Positions 38,512 to 49,418 of a stretch of 64,000 nucleotides of DNA are shown here, piece after piece; the stretch's first letter is position 1; each line of letters starts with the position of its first letter. A program made the position numbers and the translations under genes. The DNA comes from an uncultured Gammaproteobacteria bacterium (GTDB lineage Bacteria > Pseudomonadota > Gammaproteobacteria > UBA9214), in NCBI GenBank assembly GCA_942491995.1, contig CALOCX010000002.1, positions 35,758-99,757 of the forward strand, given 5' to 3'. The notes under the pieces are model-generated. The model searched no databases and was not told where the DNA came from. It was given only the letters and a program-made list of their open reading frames with translations.

Positions 38512-40665
38512 TCAGAACTTGCCGTAATAGCCTTCTTTCAGGGCATCATAGAGATTCGCGGCGGTGTGCATCTCACCGTCGTATTCGACCTCTTCATTGC
38601 CCTTGAGACTGACCTTGGAACCGTCGTCGAGCGTAAATTCATAGACGGTATTTTCCAGGTCCTCGCCTTTCACCAGCACACCCTGGAAGGCTTCCGGGTT
38701 AAAACGGAAGGTGGTACAGCCCTTCAGGCCCTTTTCATAGGCATAGCGGTAGATATCCTTGAACTCCTCAAACGGGTACTCGGTAGGGACATTGGCGGTC
38801 TTGGAGATGGAGGAATCCACCCACTTCTGCGCTGCCGCCTGGATGTCGACATGCTGTTTTGGCGTCACATTATCCGCCGCGATGAAATAATCCGGTAACG
38901 AATGCCCCTCGCCCTCCATACTCGCCGTGGCCTCGGCATTGACCAGTTCCCGGTAGGCAAGCAATTCAAACGAAAACACGTCCACCTTTTCCTTGGTCTT
39001 GCGTCCCTCCCGTATGACGTTACGGAAGTAGTGGTGCGCAAAGCTTGGCTCGATACCGTTACTGGCATTGTTGGCAAGCGACAGGGAGATGGTACCGGTG
39101 GGCGCAATCGAGCTGTGATGCGTAAAACGGGCACCGGTTTCCGCCAGTTGCCGTGTCAACTCGGGAGCGACCTCGGCGACGCGCTGCATGTAGCGGCTGT
39201 ACTTGGCATGCAACACCTTGCCCTTGACGAAATCTCCGGGCAGGTAGCCGTCACGGCGCATCTCCGGACGTTTGCGCAGCATCTCCTCGGTCACCTCGAA
39301 GTCCTCGTCCATGATCGGAGCAGGTCCCTTCTCCTTTGCCAGGTCGAGGGCAACCTGCCAGCCGGTGATGGCCAGTTCACGACTGACGCGTTCAGTAAAT
39401 TCGAGGGACGCCGCCTCGCCATACTTCATGCGCAACATGGTGGCCGTGGAACCCAGTCCCAGGAACCCCATGCCGTGACGGCGCTTGTTCATGATCGCCT
39501 CGCGCTGACCGTCCAGCGGCAGGCCATTGATCTCGACGACGTTATCGAGCATGCGCGTAAAGATGGCAACGACCTTGCGGAATTCCTCCCAGTCGAACTC
39601 GGCCTGCTCGGTAAACGGGTTGCGCACGAACTTGGTCAGGTTGACCGAGCCCAGCAGACAGGAACCGTACGGCGGCAGCGGCTGCTCGCCACAGGGGTTG
39701 GTGGCGCGGATATTTTCACAGAACCAGTTGTTGTTCATCTCGTTGACCTTGTCGATGAGAATGAACCCCGGTTCAGCGAAATCATAAGTAGAACTCATGA
39801 TCATGTCCCAGAGGCGCTGCGCCGGCACTGTCTTGTAGATGCGGCACGCAACCAGACCGGCATTGTTGGCAATGTAATCACCCTTGTAGGGCCACTCACG
39901 CCATACGATCTGTTGCGGATCGTGCAGATCGATACTGTCATCAAGTTCCTTGCGGTTGATTGGAAAGGCCAGTGGCCACTCATCCCGGTTCCTGACCGCA
40001 TCCATGAACTCGGTCGTGATCAGCAGCGACAGGTTGAACTGGCGCAGGCGGCCGTCTTCACGCTTGGCACGAATAAAATCCAGGACATCCGGGTGGCCCA
40101 CATCGAAGGTCGCCATCTGTGCACCACGCCGGCCACCGGCCGAGGACACGGTAAAACACATCTTGTCGTAGATGTCCATGAACGACAGCGGACCCGAGGT
40201 ATAGGCACCGGCACCGGAGACATAGGCCCCCTTGGGACGCAGCGTGGAGAACTCGTAACCGATGCCGCAACCGGCCTTCAGTGTCAGACCGGCTTCGTGC
40301 ACCTTTTCGAGAATATTGTTCATGGAGTCCTGCACCGTGCCGGAGACTGTGCAGTTAATGGTCGAAGTTGCCGGCTTGTGTTGCTGCGCACCGGCATTGG
40401 AGGTGATACGCCCTGCCGGAATGGCACCATGACGCAACGCCCACAGGAATTCCTTGTGCCAGAGCTCGCGAAGCTCCGGCGTGGCTTCAACATCGGCGAG
40501 CGCCCGGGCAACACGCTGGTAGGTCGAGTCGATGGTGTCATCCACCGGCGTGCCGTCTTTGGCCTTCAGGCGGTACTTGGTCTCCCATATATCCTGCGAG
40601 GCAGGCTGCAATGGAATATCAGCGACGCTGGTCGGTACAGCTTCGAGATGCGCAGTCGTTGTCAT
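38512..40665 (-). CDS. nrdJa: adenosylcobalamin-dependent ribonucleoside-diphosphate reductase, NrdJa
   Basis: 717 aa. RNR barrel motifs (NPCGEQPL, the thiyl Cys loop). Lacks the C-terminal part, which nrdJb carries. Confidence 0.9.
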   Translation of the reverse strand: MTTTAHLEAVPTSVADIPLQPASQDIWETKYRLKAKDGTPVDDTIDSTYQRVARALADVEATPELRELWHKEFLWALRHGAIPAGRITSNAGAQQHKPATSTINCTVSGTVQDSMNNILEKVHEAGLTLKAGCGIGYEFSTLRPKGAYVSGAGAYTSGPLSFMDIYDKMCFTVSSAGGRRGAQMATFDVGHPDVLDFIRAKREDGRLRQFNLSLLITTEFMDAVRNRDEWPLAFPINRKELDDSIDLHDPQQIVWREWPYKGDYIANNAGLVACRIYKTVPAQRLWDMIMSSTYDFAEPGFILIDKVNEMNNNWFCENIRATNPCGEQPLPPYGSCLLGSVNLTKFVRNPFTEQAEFDWEEFRKVVAIFTRMLDNVVEINGLPLDGQREAIMNKRRHGMGFLGLGSTATMLRMKYGEAASLEFTERVSRELAITGWQVALDLAKEKGPAPIMDEDFEVTEEMLRKRPEMRRDGYLPGDFVKGKVLHAKYSRYMQRVAEVAPELTRQLAETGARFTHHSSIAPTGTISLSLANNASNGIEPSFAHHYFRNVIREGRKTKEKVDVFSFELLAYRELVNAEATASMEGEGHSLPDYFIAADNVTPKQHVDIQAAAQKWVDSSISKTANVPTEYPFEEFKDIYRYAYEKGLKGCTTFRFNPEAFQGVLVKGEDLENTVYEFTLDDGSKVSLKGNEEVEYDGEMHTAANLYDALKEGYYGKF

Positions 40666-40779
40666 GTGTGAATTATCCTCCCGATAATTTTTAGGTTCTT
40701 TATTAGAAGTACTGACATTGCCTGCTACCCAAGCCCCGCATATGTGGGCACCCCTGCAGACAATTGGTCAAATCTTTAA

Positions 40780-40795
40780 ACACTACATCTTGTGT
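40780..40795. promoter_or_regulatory. NrdR box (acactacatcttgtgt) upstream of nrdJa
   Basis: 14 of 16 match to the NrdR consensus acaCwAtATaTwGtgt. Lies 115 bp upstream of the nrdJa start. Confidence 0.55.
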
Positions 40796-40938
40796 TCAGC
40801 GGACAAAGAATAGGCAGCCGCAGACGGCCTGTCAATATTATTTTATATCGGCATTAATTACTTTATTTTTCAATTGCTTACACTCTTAGATCAGACAAGC
40901 CGAGCGGTGTCAAGAGGCAATTCAGGCATAGCAGCGAA

Positions 40939-40954
40939 ACACTATATATTGTGT
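40939..40954. promoter_or_regulatory. NrdR box (acactatatattgtgt), perfect consensus
   Basis: 16 of 16 palindromic match to the NrdR consensus, in the nrdJ upstream intergenic region. Confidence 0.6.
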
Positions 40955-41019
40955 TTCTAATATTTACTGCTAGCGCTTGATTTAGCACCGGATTGGCCTG
41001 TCAGCAGGCCTGCCCGGGG

Positions 41020-41724
41020 CTAGTGGGGGTGGGCATGATGCCCATGTCCGGCAGGATTCGCAAGCAACATCATGACCCCCATAAGGATCACCAGCAGGCC
41101 GGCGACCAGCCTGATTCGCGGGTCCTGTACCAGGCGCTTGAGGCTATTGAACGCAAGCCCCATGGTAATCATTACCGGCAAGGTACCCAGCCCGAAAGCC
41201 AGCATGATGCTGCCGCCAGCCGCCGCGGAACCACTTGTCAGTGCCAGCGCCAGTACCGCATAGACCATGCCGCAGGGCAACCAGCCCCAAACCAGCCCCA
41301 GCAGGTAAGCCTGGCCGGTACTGCGAACCGGGACGAAGCGCCGCCCCAGGGGTTCGATATATTTCCACAGCCGCGCCCCTGCCTGCTCCAGGTACAGCAA
41401 TGAGTGCCACCAGCCGGCCAGATAAATACCAAACAGGATCATGATGACACCCGCCACGATACGGCCCACCGGAAAACCCTCCAGCACCCCCGTCTCGCCC
41501 AACTGTTGTCCGAACAGACCCAGCAGCACGCCGGCAACCGTGTAGCTGCTGATGCGGCCGGTATTGTAGGCCAGCTGCGCGGCCACCAGGCGCCGGCGCG
41601 AGGTCTGTACATCCAGCGACAAGCCGGAACTCAGTGCGCCCACGATACCGCCGCACATACCGATACAATGGGTACCGCCAAGCAGGCCAACCAGGAATGC
41701 TGCAGTCAGGGATTCAATATTCAT
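41020..41724 (-). CDS. DsbD_2/UreH-like family membrane protein with an HCxxMCGG motif, associated with the cco cluster
   Basis: Polytopic membrane protein. GGTHCIGMCGGIVGAL lies in TM1. Just downstream of ccoH (fixH). Confidence 0.55.
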   Translation of the reverse strand: MNIESLTAAFLVGLLGGTHCIGMCGGIVGALSSGLSLDVQTSRRRLVAAQLAYNTGRISSYTVAGVLLGLFGQQLGETGVLEGFPVGRIVAGVIMILFGIYLAGWWHSLLYLEQAGARLWKYIEPLGRRFVPVRSTGQAYLLGLVWGWLPCGMVYAVLALALTSGSAAAGGSIMLAFGLGTLPVMITMGLAFNSLKRLVQDPRIRLVAGLLVILMGVMMLLANPAGHGHHAHPH

Positions 41725-41837
41725 AGGGGTCTCGTTTAACACCATCCAGCCAGCACGGCACAGGATCAATCACGGCAGACACACATCTTTGCCATCGCTG
41801 CGGCATGACTAACCATGTTTTGAATGAACGTCTGCGG

Positions 41838-42362
41838 TCACTTCAATGCCGGTAACCCGGCCTCTTCCATCGGCAATAGCAGCGTCGTTTCCGTTTGCGG
41901 GATCCGCATACTGCCCGAGAGTCGCCAGTCATCGGCCTCCAGTTGCAGGTACCAGTTGCCACGGGTCAGCTCATCGATGGCACCCGCATACACACCGTCA
42001 CCGCTATGTTGCAGGACAAGCACCTGGTCATACCCGGCCTGTGTGGGATGCAGCAGCGTAAAGGTCAGCGTCGCCGGTGATTCGATGAGAGCGCTCTCCA
42101 GTAACAACCGCACGCGATTATCCTGCAGATCAATGTCGATACTTGCCTTGAGCTGATAGCGCGCCGCTGCCGCGTCACGGGCCAAATCCATGTTGATGGC
42201 CTTGCCGCGCTTGTAGTAGTCATCGACCACCAGTCCATCAGCCGTACTCACCGCCTTGTAGATGGTGAACATGCTGGCGATGACAGCCGTCATGGGCAAG
42301 GAGATCATCAACCATACCCAGGGCTCGCGGTACCAGGGCCTTTTTGGATTCTGTGCAGTCAT
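41838..42362 (-). CDS. ccoH: cbb3 oxidase assembly protein CcoH/FixH
   Basis: 174 aa. N-terminal TM helix (PWVWLMISLPMTAVIASMFTIY) and the FixH fold. Located after ccoG. Confidence 0.75.
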   Translation of the reverse strand: MTAQNPKRPWYREPWVWLMISLPMTAVIASMFTIYKAVSTADGLVVDDYYKRGKAINMDLARDAAAARYQLKASIDIDLQDNRVRLLLESALIESPATLTFTLLHPTQAGYDQVLVLQHSGDGVYAGAIDELTRGNWYLQLEADDWRLSGSMRIPQTETTLLLPMEEAGLPALK

Positions 42363-42446
42363 AATTTAATAAACTTCCTTCATACATACAATTCGGTTTG
42401 AGCCAGCAGGTCGGCACTCAGAGTACAGATTCTTTTGACTTCGTGT

Positions 42447-42898
42447 TTCGCCCATTAGGGCGAGGTACTTTTCTTTGCTCCGCCAAAGAAAAGTACCCAA
42501 AAGAAAGGCGATCCCGGAGGCTTGCCCGCTACGCGGGTTTCCTGCGCTTCTCGAAAAGCCCGGCGCTCGCGCAACTCGCTACGCTCAAACAGGGCGCGAG
42601 CGTCATCCGGACTTTACTGCGATGCTCGGCTGCGCCAGACGGGTGGGGAAATTCAAAACCAACCCCCAGATACAGCCTCCTCATTCCCGTTTGCACTCAC
42701 CGAGTACCGCAGCCAGTCCGGGATCAAGGCGCGCACCCTGTTTGAGGCAGGTTTACCTGCCGAGTTGTGCGCGCCCCCGGAGTGGCGAGGAACGCAGGGG
42801 ATCGGCGCAGCCGATGAGTGCAGCCGGGCTGCCCTTCTCTTTGGGTACTTTCTCTTGGGCACTCAAGAGAAAGTACCTCGCCCGAACGGGCGAAATAA
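42447..42898. mobile_element. MITE-like non-coding element (~450 bp) with ~75-bp imperfect terminal inverted repeats, each containing nested hairpins
   Basis: The left end tttcgcccattagggcgaggtacttttctttgctccgccaaagaaaagtacccaaaagaaagg matches the reverse complement of the right end (tttcgcccgttcgggcgaggtactttctcttgagtgcccaagagaaagtacccaaagagaagg). No credible ORF inside. Inserted between ccoH and ccoG. Confidence 0.5.
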
Positions 42899-42909
42899 GC
42901 GGATAAAAT

Positions 42910-44325
42910 CTACTGTGGCCCCAGGAACCTGGCATTTTCCCTTGCAATCAGCGCAGCATCATCCGTAGCAACCAGTTCAAAGACAACATCACTGCTACGC
43001 ACCTCAAGGTCAGCCTCATCGGCACGCAGGCGCACCGGTAACTCCATGACCCCGCCGGATTCAACCTCGATGATATCCATATCCTTGTGTAGCGTGAGGC
43101 CCGGGATACCCGATACACTCAGATCATACTGATGTGCCCTGTCGTCCATGTTGAGGATCTTCAGAATGTAGACATTCTCGATCAACCCGTCGGTGGTTTC
43201 CCGATACAGCGTGTTACGGTCACGGATAACATCCAGCCCCAGCGAGATGCGCTGACTAAATGAATATGCAAAGGCCACCATGATAGCCAGCAGTATCACC
43301 GCGTAAATAATGATGCGCGGCCTGATGACGTGCGTCTTGCCGCCCTTCATGGCATGTTCCGTGGTGTACTTGATGAGCCCCCGCTCATAGCCCATCTTGT
43401 CCATCACATCATCACAGGCATCGATACAGGCCGAACAGGCAATACACTCGTATTGCAGGCCATCACGAATATCGATACCGGTCGGACAGACCTGTACACA
43501 CAAGGTGCAGTCAATACAGTCACCCAGTCCCTTGGTGGCGGGATCGTCGCTGCGCTTGCGCGAGCCGCGCGGTTCGCCACGCGTGGGTATATAGGAAACG
43601 ATCAGGGTGTCCTTGTCGAACATGGCGCTCTGGAAGCGCGCATAGGGACACATGTACTTGCACACCTGTTCGCGCATGAAGCCGGCGTTCCCGTAGGTCG
43701 CGAAGCCATAGAAAATAACCCAGAAGGTTTCCCAGGGGCCGAGGTTGAATGTCAGCAAGCGCTGACCCAGCTCGATGATAGGGGTGAAATAGCCGACGAA
43801 GGTAAATCCGGTCCAGGCCGCAAAGGCAATCCAGAGAAAATGCTTGGTGGCCTTGATGCGGAACTTGCGTGCACTCATGGGCAGGGCATCGAGCTTCTGC
43901 TGTTTCATGCGGTCACCCTCGACCTTGCGCTCGATCCACAGGAAGGCCTCGGTCCACACGGTCTGCGGGCAGGCATAGCCACACCAGATACGCCCGGCCA
44001 GCGCGGTGACGAAGAACAGCGTCAGGCCGGCGATAATCAGCAGCAGCGCCAGGTAGAAAAAGTCCTGCGGCCAGAGCGTGATGAAGAAGATATGAAACTT
44101 GCGCGCCGGCAGGTCCAGCAACAGCGCCTGGTGACCGTCCCAGCGCAGCCACGGCAGGATGTAGTAAACACCGAGCAGCCCGAGCACGCCAAGCACCCGC
44201 AGGCGTGCAAACAGCCCATGCACCTCACGCGGATAGATCTTCTCCGCCTTGGCGTAGAGGGATTGCTCGATCTGCTCGTCAGACCGGGGGGCCTTGGTGG
44301 GCCCGGTTGCGTCGGGGTTCGTCAT
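42910..44325 (-). CDS. ccoG: cbb3 oxidase accessory protein CcoG/FixG (4Fe-4S ferredoxin-type)
   Basis: 471 aa. CIDCTLCVQVCPTGIDIRDGLQYECIACSACIDAC ferredoxin motifs plus TM helices. Confidence 0.9.
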   Translation of the reverse strand: MTNPDATGPTKAPRSDEQIEQSLYAKAEKIYPREVHGLFARLRVLGVLGLLGVYYILPWLRWDGHQALLLDLPARKFHIFFITLWPQDFFYLALLLIIAGLTLFFVTALAGRIWCGYACPQTVWTEAFLWIERKVEGDRMKQQKLDALPMSARKFRIKATKHFLWIAFAAWTGFTFVGYFTPIIELGQRLLTFNLGPWETFWVIFYGFATYGNAGFMREQVCKYMCPYARFQSAMFDKDTLIVSYIPTRGEPRGSRKRSDDPATKGLGDCIDCTLCVQVCPTGIDIRDGLQYECIACSACIDACDDVMDKMGYERGLIKYTTEHAMKGGKTHVIRPRIIIYAVILLAIMVAFAYSFSQRISLGLDVIRDRNTLYRETTDGLIENVYILKILNMDDRAHQYDLSVSGIPGLTLHKDMDIIEVESGGVMELPVRLRADEADLEVRSSDVVFELVATDDAALIARENARFLGPQ

Positions 44326-44334
44326 ACTGGCCGC

Positions 44335-44607
44335 TTACTGGTCCCGGGAACCCGGGTTTTGTCGCATGCAGTTGGTGATCGCAAAATACAGGGTACCGAT
44401 TCCCGAGATGGCTGTTATCAGCCAGAACACCAGGAAGCCGATGGTATACATCCCCAGGCGGCTGATTTCAGTCTGCTCGCCGAAGGGGTACAGGTCGTCC
44501 GGGTCAAAGGCGGAAAAAAACAGCCCGGTGACGACAATCGCCACCAGGAAGGACGGCCACAGTACCGCTATGCACTTCTGCATCCCGGGTACCTGTTTCT
44601 CCGCCAT
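44335..44607 (-). CDS. small membrane protein between ccoP and ccoG (hypothetical)
   Basis: 90 aa with two TM helices. GGAG as SD. Confidence 0.45.
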   Translation of the reverse strand: MAEKQVPGMQKCIAVLWPSFLVAIVVTGLFFSAFDPDDLYPFGEQTEISRLGMYTIGFLVFWLITAISGIGTLYFAITNCMRQNPGSRDQ

Positions 44608-44633
44608 GGTGTTCTCCGCGACCTGAGCCCGCG

Positions 44634-45557
44634 TTACTCTTCTTCCAGTTGTTCCTGTCCGGTGGACAGGCTGTAAACATAGGCGGCAAGCAGGTGAACC
44701 TTGTCCTCCCCAAGGAAATCCCGGTGTGGCGGCATAACACCATTACGACCCATGGCCAGGGTCTCCATTACCGCTTTAGTGGAACCACCATAGAGCCAGA
44801 TATTGTCGGTCAGGTTGGGGGCACCCAATGCCTGGTTACCGGTACCATCAGCGCCATGGCAGGCCACGCACAACATCTGGTACTTCTCAGCAGCGCGTGC
44901 AACGGCCGCCTCATCGACATCACGGCCGCTGAGGCTGAACACATATTCCGCCATATCCGCGACACCGTCATCACCACCAAGGGCATCTTTCCAGGCTGGC
45001 ATGACGCCACTGCGACCGTTCAGGAGGGTCGTCTCGATAGCTTCCGGGGAACCACCATAGAGCCAGTCGTTGTCGCGCAGGTTCGGAAAGCCGCGTGCAC
45101 CGCGCGCGTCGGAGCCATGGCAGGTCGCACAGTAGTTCACGAACAGGCGCTCACCCATGCGACGCGCATCCGGATCGGCAGCGACCGCAGCGATGGGCAT
45201 GTCCTGGTATTTCTTGAACAGCGGGCCGTACTTCGCATCGGCGAAATCCATCTCGTGCTGGTACTGCCCCAGCGAGGTCCAGCCCAGCAGGCCCTTGAAG
45301 GTACCCAGCCCGGGATACAGCACCAGGTAACCAATACCGAAGAACAGCGTGAAGTAGAACATGTTCAGCCACCAGCGTGGCAACGGGTTGTTGAGCTCAA
45401 CCAGATCGCCGTCCCATACATGGTCCATCTCCTTACCCTCGTCTTCCGGCTTGATGGCGCCCGACAACCAGCGAATCAAGAGAAAGCAGGCCAGGATACT
45501 GGCGGCGGTTAAAACAGTGATGTACCAGTTCCAGAAGCTGCTGGTGAAATCAGCCAT
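44634..45557 (-). CDS. ccoP: cbb3-type cytochrome c oxidase subunit III (diheme cytochrome c)
   Basis: Two CxxCH motifs (CATCHG, CVACHG). Start MADFTSSFWNWYI overlaps the ccoQ stop. Confidence 0.9.
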   Translation of the reverse strand: MADFTSSFWNWYITVLTAASILACFLLIRWLSGAIKPEDEGKEMDHVWDGDLVELNNPLPRWWLNMFYFTLFFGIGYLVLYPGLGTFKGLLGWTSLGQYQHEMDFADAKYGPLFKKYQDMPIAAVAADPDARRMGERLFVNYCATCHGSDARGARGFPNLRDNDWLYGGSPEAIETTLLNGRSGVMPAWKDALGGDDGVADMAEYVFSLSGRDVDEAAVARAAEKYQMLCVACHGADGTGNQALGAPNLTDNIWLYGGSTKAVMETLAMGRNGVMPPHRDFLGEDKVHLLAAYVYSLSTGQEQLEEE

Positions 45558-45729
45558 GGGAATTCTCCTTGGACGTTTTTTCTGTCGGCTTGTCATCCTC
45601 GTGAAAAGGAATATTTGCCGCCTCATCAAAATCTTGCTTGCGTTTGCTGCTCCAGGCCCAGATAACGATACCGACGAACAACACCAGTACCACCACGGTC
45701 CAGATCGATTGAATCAGGGCATTATCCAT
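45550..45729 (-). CDS. ccoQ: cbb3-type oxidase subunit CcoQ (59 aa)
   Basis: MDNALIQSIWTVVVLVLFVGIVIWAWSSKRK... is a single-TM small subunit in the canonical N-O-Q-P position. It is not in the ORF track because it is under 60 aa. Confidence 0.6.
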   Translation of the reverse strand: MDNALIQSIWTVVVLVLFVGIVIWAWSSKRKQDFDEAANIPFHEDDKPTEKTSKENSHG

Positions 45730-45732
45730 GCC

Positions 45733-46347
45733 TCATCTCCGGGTCTTGATCGCCGTACCCATACCCTGCAAGTAAGCGATCACGGCATCCATCTCGGTCT
45801 TGCCTTCCAGCGCCTGTGGTGCATTGGCGATATCTTCATCGCTGTAGGGGGCGCCCAGCAGGCGCAGTACTTCCAGCTTGCGCTGAATATTGCTGGCATC
45901 GGCTGCATTTTCCGCCAGCCAGGGGTAACCTGGCATGATGGATTCGGGCACCACATCACGCGGGTTGATCAGGTGCACGCGGTGCCATTCATCGCTGTAG
46001 CGAGTGCCGACACGCGCCAGATCCGGTCCGGTGCGCTTCGAGCCCCACTGGAACGGCCGGTCGTAGACATATTCGCCGGCAACCGAGTAATGCCCGTAGC
46101 GCTCGGTCTCGGCACGGAACGGACGAATCATCTGCGAATGGCACAGGTAACAGCCCTCCCGAACATACACATCGCGCCCTGCCAGCCGCAGCGGGCTATA
46201 GGGTTCCAGGCCGGCCACCGCTTCCGTGGTCGATGTCTGGAAGAACAGCGGTACGATCTGCACCAGCCCGCCAATGGATATCGTGATGATGATCAGAATG
46301 ATCATCAGGCCGACATTCTTCTCGATCTTATCGTGTCCAGCTGCCAT
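45733..46347 (-). CDS. ccoO: cbb3-type cytochrome c oxidase subunit II (monoheme)
   Basis: 204 aa. CYLCHSQ heme motif. Confidence 0.9.
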   Translation of the reverse strand: MAAGHDKIEKNVGLMIILIIITISIGGLVQIVPLFFQTSTTEAVAGLEPYSPLRLAGRDVYVREGCYLCHSQMIRPFRAETERYGHYSVAGEYVYDRPFQWGSKRTGPDLARVGTRYSDEWHRVHLINPRDVVPESIMPGYPWLAENAADASNIQRKLEVLRLLGAPYSDEDIANAPQALEGKTEMDAVIAYLQGMGTAIKTRR

Positions 46348-46358
46348 ATCCTGTCTCC

Positions 46359-47780
<1,422 letters not shown>

Positions 47781-47897
47781 GCCGCACTCCCTTTTTTGTT
47801 ACATCTAACAGTGAGTTGTACTGATAAAACAGCGGGTTACACCGCTACACAATAATAATAAATTAAGAAAATTCTAACATTCTCTCATACTTCAACG

Positions 47898-48500
47898 CTA
47901 GCGCGTGAACTGGGGTTCCAGCCCCATACCCCAGAGAATCGCGGTTGTCGCCAGCAGCGCAACGAAGGCCACCAGACCGACTGCCAGCACGGCACTGGAG
48001 AACAGAAAACCACGGTCCTCGGAAATCCCCATCATGACGGGCACACCGGTATAGAGCAGGTAAACCGTGTAGGCCAGTGCCGGAATTCCAACCACCATGT
48101 TGATCCACAATACCGGGTAGAGCTCCATCAGGCCGATGAGAAACAACGGCGTGGCCGTGTAGGCCGCCAGTACCACGCACTGCGACAGCTGCACATCCGC
48201 GCCGTAGGTGTTACCCATCCAGTGAATCATCCAGCCGATAGAGAAAACGCCCACCAGCATGGCAAGGTAGTAAAGCACTGCAATCAGCCCTGCGCTGGCG
48301 AGGGTCAGCTTGATGGGATCACCGGCACCGATCTGCCAACCGAACTGGGTGGTACCGATAAATCCGGAAATGGCCGGGATGGCCGCAAGGATCATGACGT
48401 GTACTGCATAGCACTTGCCTATGGTGCATTCATCATCGCGAATGGCTTCCCATTCACGTTTTGGATTGGTAAACAAGCCCCAGACGTGTTGTAGCACCAT
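47898..48500 (-). CDS. Yip1-domain membrane protein
   Basis: 200 aa with five TM helices. A Yip1/DUF1282-like N-terminus (WGLFTNPKREWEAI). Confidence 0.65.
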   Translation of the reverse strand: MVLQHVWGLFTNPKREWEAIRDDECTIGKCYAVHVMILAAIPAISGFIGTTQFGWQIGAGDPIKLTLASAGLIAVLYYLAMLVGVFSIGWMIHWMGNTYGADVQLSQCVVLAAYTATPLFLIGLMELYPVLWINMVVGIPALAYTVYLLYTGVPVMMGISEDRGFLFSSAVLAVGLVAFVALLATTAILWGMGLEPQFTR

Positions 48501-48609
48501 TGCTGTTCTCTCCTCAATTTTTTGCTGATGGTCGGTGACCCGCCAGTCACATTCATAGAGACTGGCGGGTCAACACCCTAGCTCATGGCTGCGATCTAAA
48601 AATGTGCAA

Positions 48610-49281
48610 TCAGAACTTCTTGCCGACGGTGATCAAGTACACCCACGGGTCGATACTCACATTAAATTTTTCTTTATAGTTAAGGTCGGAAACCTTTAAT
48701 GTTGCGTCGGTATCGATATCCATATAGTAGATCTGTCCACCGATCATCCAGTCATTCCCCAGGTCGTAGTCGAGGCCTATCTCTCCGGCCAGCCCCCAGG
48801 AGTCGTCCAGATCGAGCTTGCCACCAAGGTCCTTCAGATCACCCTTGGTATTGGTATCGAAGAAATTCGTGTAGTTGACACCCACACCGACATAGGGGTG
48901 AAATTTGCTGCCGGTGTCAAAGTGCCACTGCACGGTGAGTGTCGGTGGGAGGTGCTTGGTATCGGCGCAGGTTCCGAAGTCTGAGATTATGCCACCCTTA
49001 CAGTCGATATCATGCTTGAACGGCCAGGCAGCCAGCAGTTCGATACCGATATTATTGGTCGCCATGTAGGTACCATTGAGGCCGAGGCTCCAGGCACTGT
49101 CTGCCTCGACCTTGCCACCATTAGTACCCGGGACTTTTCCGTCACCGGTCGGATAGACCCCAGCCGCACCGGCCCGAACAATCCAGTCACCCGCCTGATA
49201 GGCACTGGCCGTCGATACCGTCAACAGCGAACCACCGGCAAGTAATACAACACTGAGTGTCTTCACAAGTACTGATTTCAT
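48610..49281 (-). CDS. ompW: outer membrane protein OmpW
   Basis: 223 aa. Signal peptide and the OmpW 8-strand barrel. C-terminus ...VGKKF. Confidence 0.85.
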   Translation of the reverse strand: MKSVLVKTLSVVLLAGGSLLTVSTASAYQAGDWIVRAGAAGVYPTGDGKVPGTNGGKVEADSAWSLGLNGTYMATNNIGIELLAAWPFKHDIDCKGGIISDFGTCADTKHLPPTLTVQWHFDTGSKFHPYVGVGVNYTNFFDTNTKGDLKDLGGKLDLDDSWGLAGEIGLDYDLGNDWMIGGQIYYMDIDTDATLKVSDLNYKEKFNVSIDPWVYLITVGKKF

Positions 49282-49387
49282 TGAGATTTTCTCCCTATAT
49301 CATCGTTATGGATGGTGACAGCGCATGGCAGACGCCGCTGAATTTTTTTAACCCGAAGGATTATCTTTTCATGTTTCCCAAAAGATA

Positions 49388-49401
49388 TTGATCTATATCA
49401 A
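49388..49401. promoter_or_regulatory. FNR/Anr box TTGAT-ctat-ATCAA between the divergent ompW and ccoI
   Basis: Perfect match to the FNR consensus TTGAT-N4-ATCAA, in the 137-bp divergent intergenic region. Confidence 0.6.
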
Positions 49402-49418
49402 ATGATCTTGAAATACTA

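Noticed and set aside
38902-40671. 589-aa plus-strand ORF
   Set aside because: It is completely antisense to nrdJa, which has unambiguous RNR motifs.
42475-42906. 143-aa ORF spanning the MITE-like element
   Set aside because: It is Arg/Pro/Ser-rich low-complexity, crosses both inverted repeats, and has no SD. The region is better explained as non-coding.
43330-44676. 448-aa plus-strand ORF
   Set aside because: It is antisense to ccoG and the ccoP start. It has no domains.
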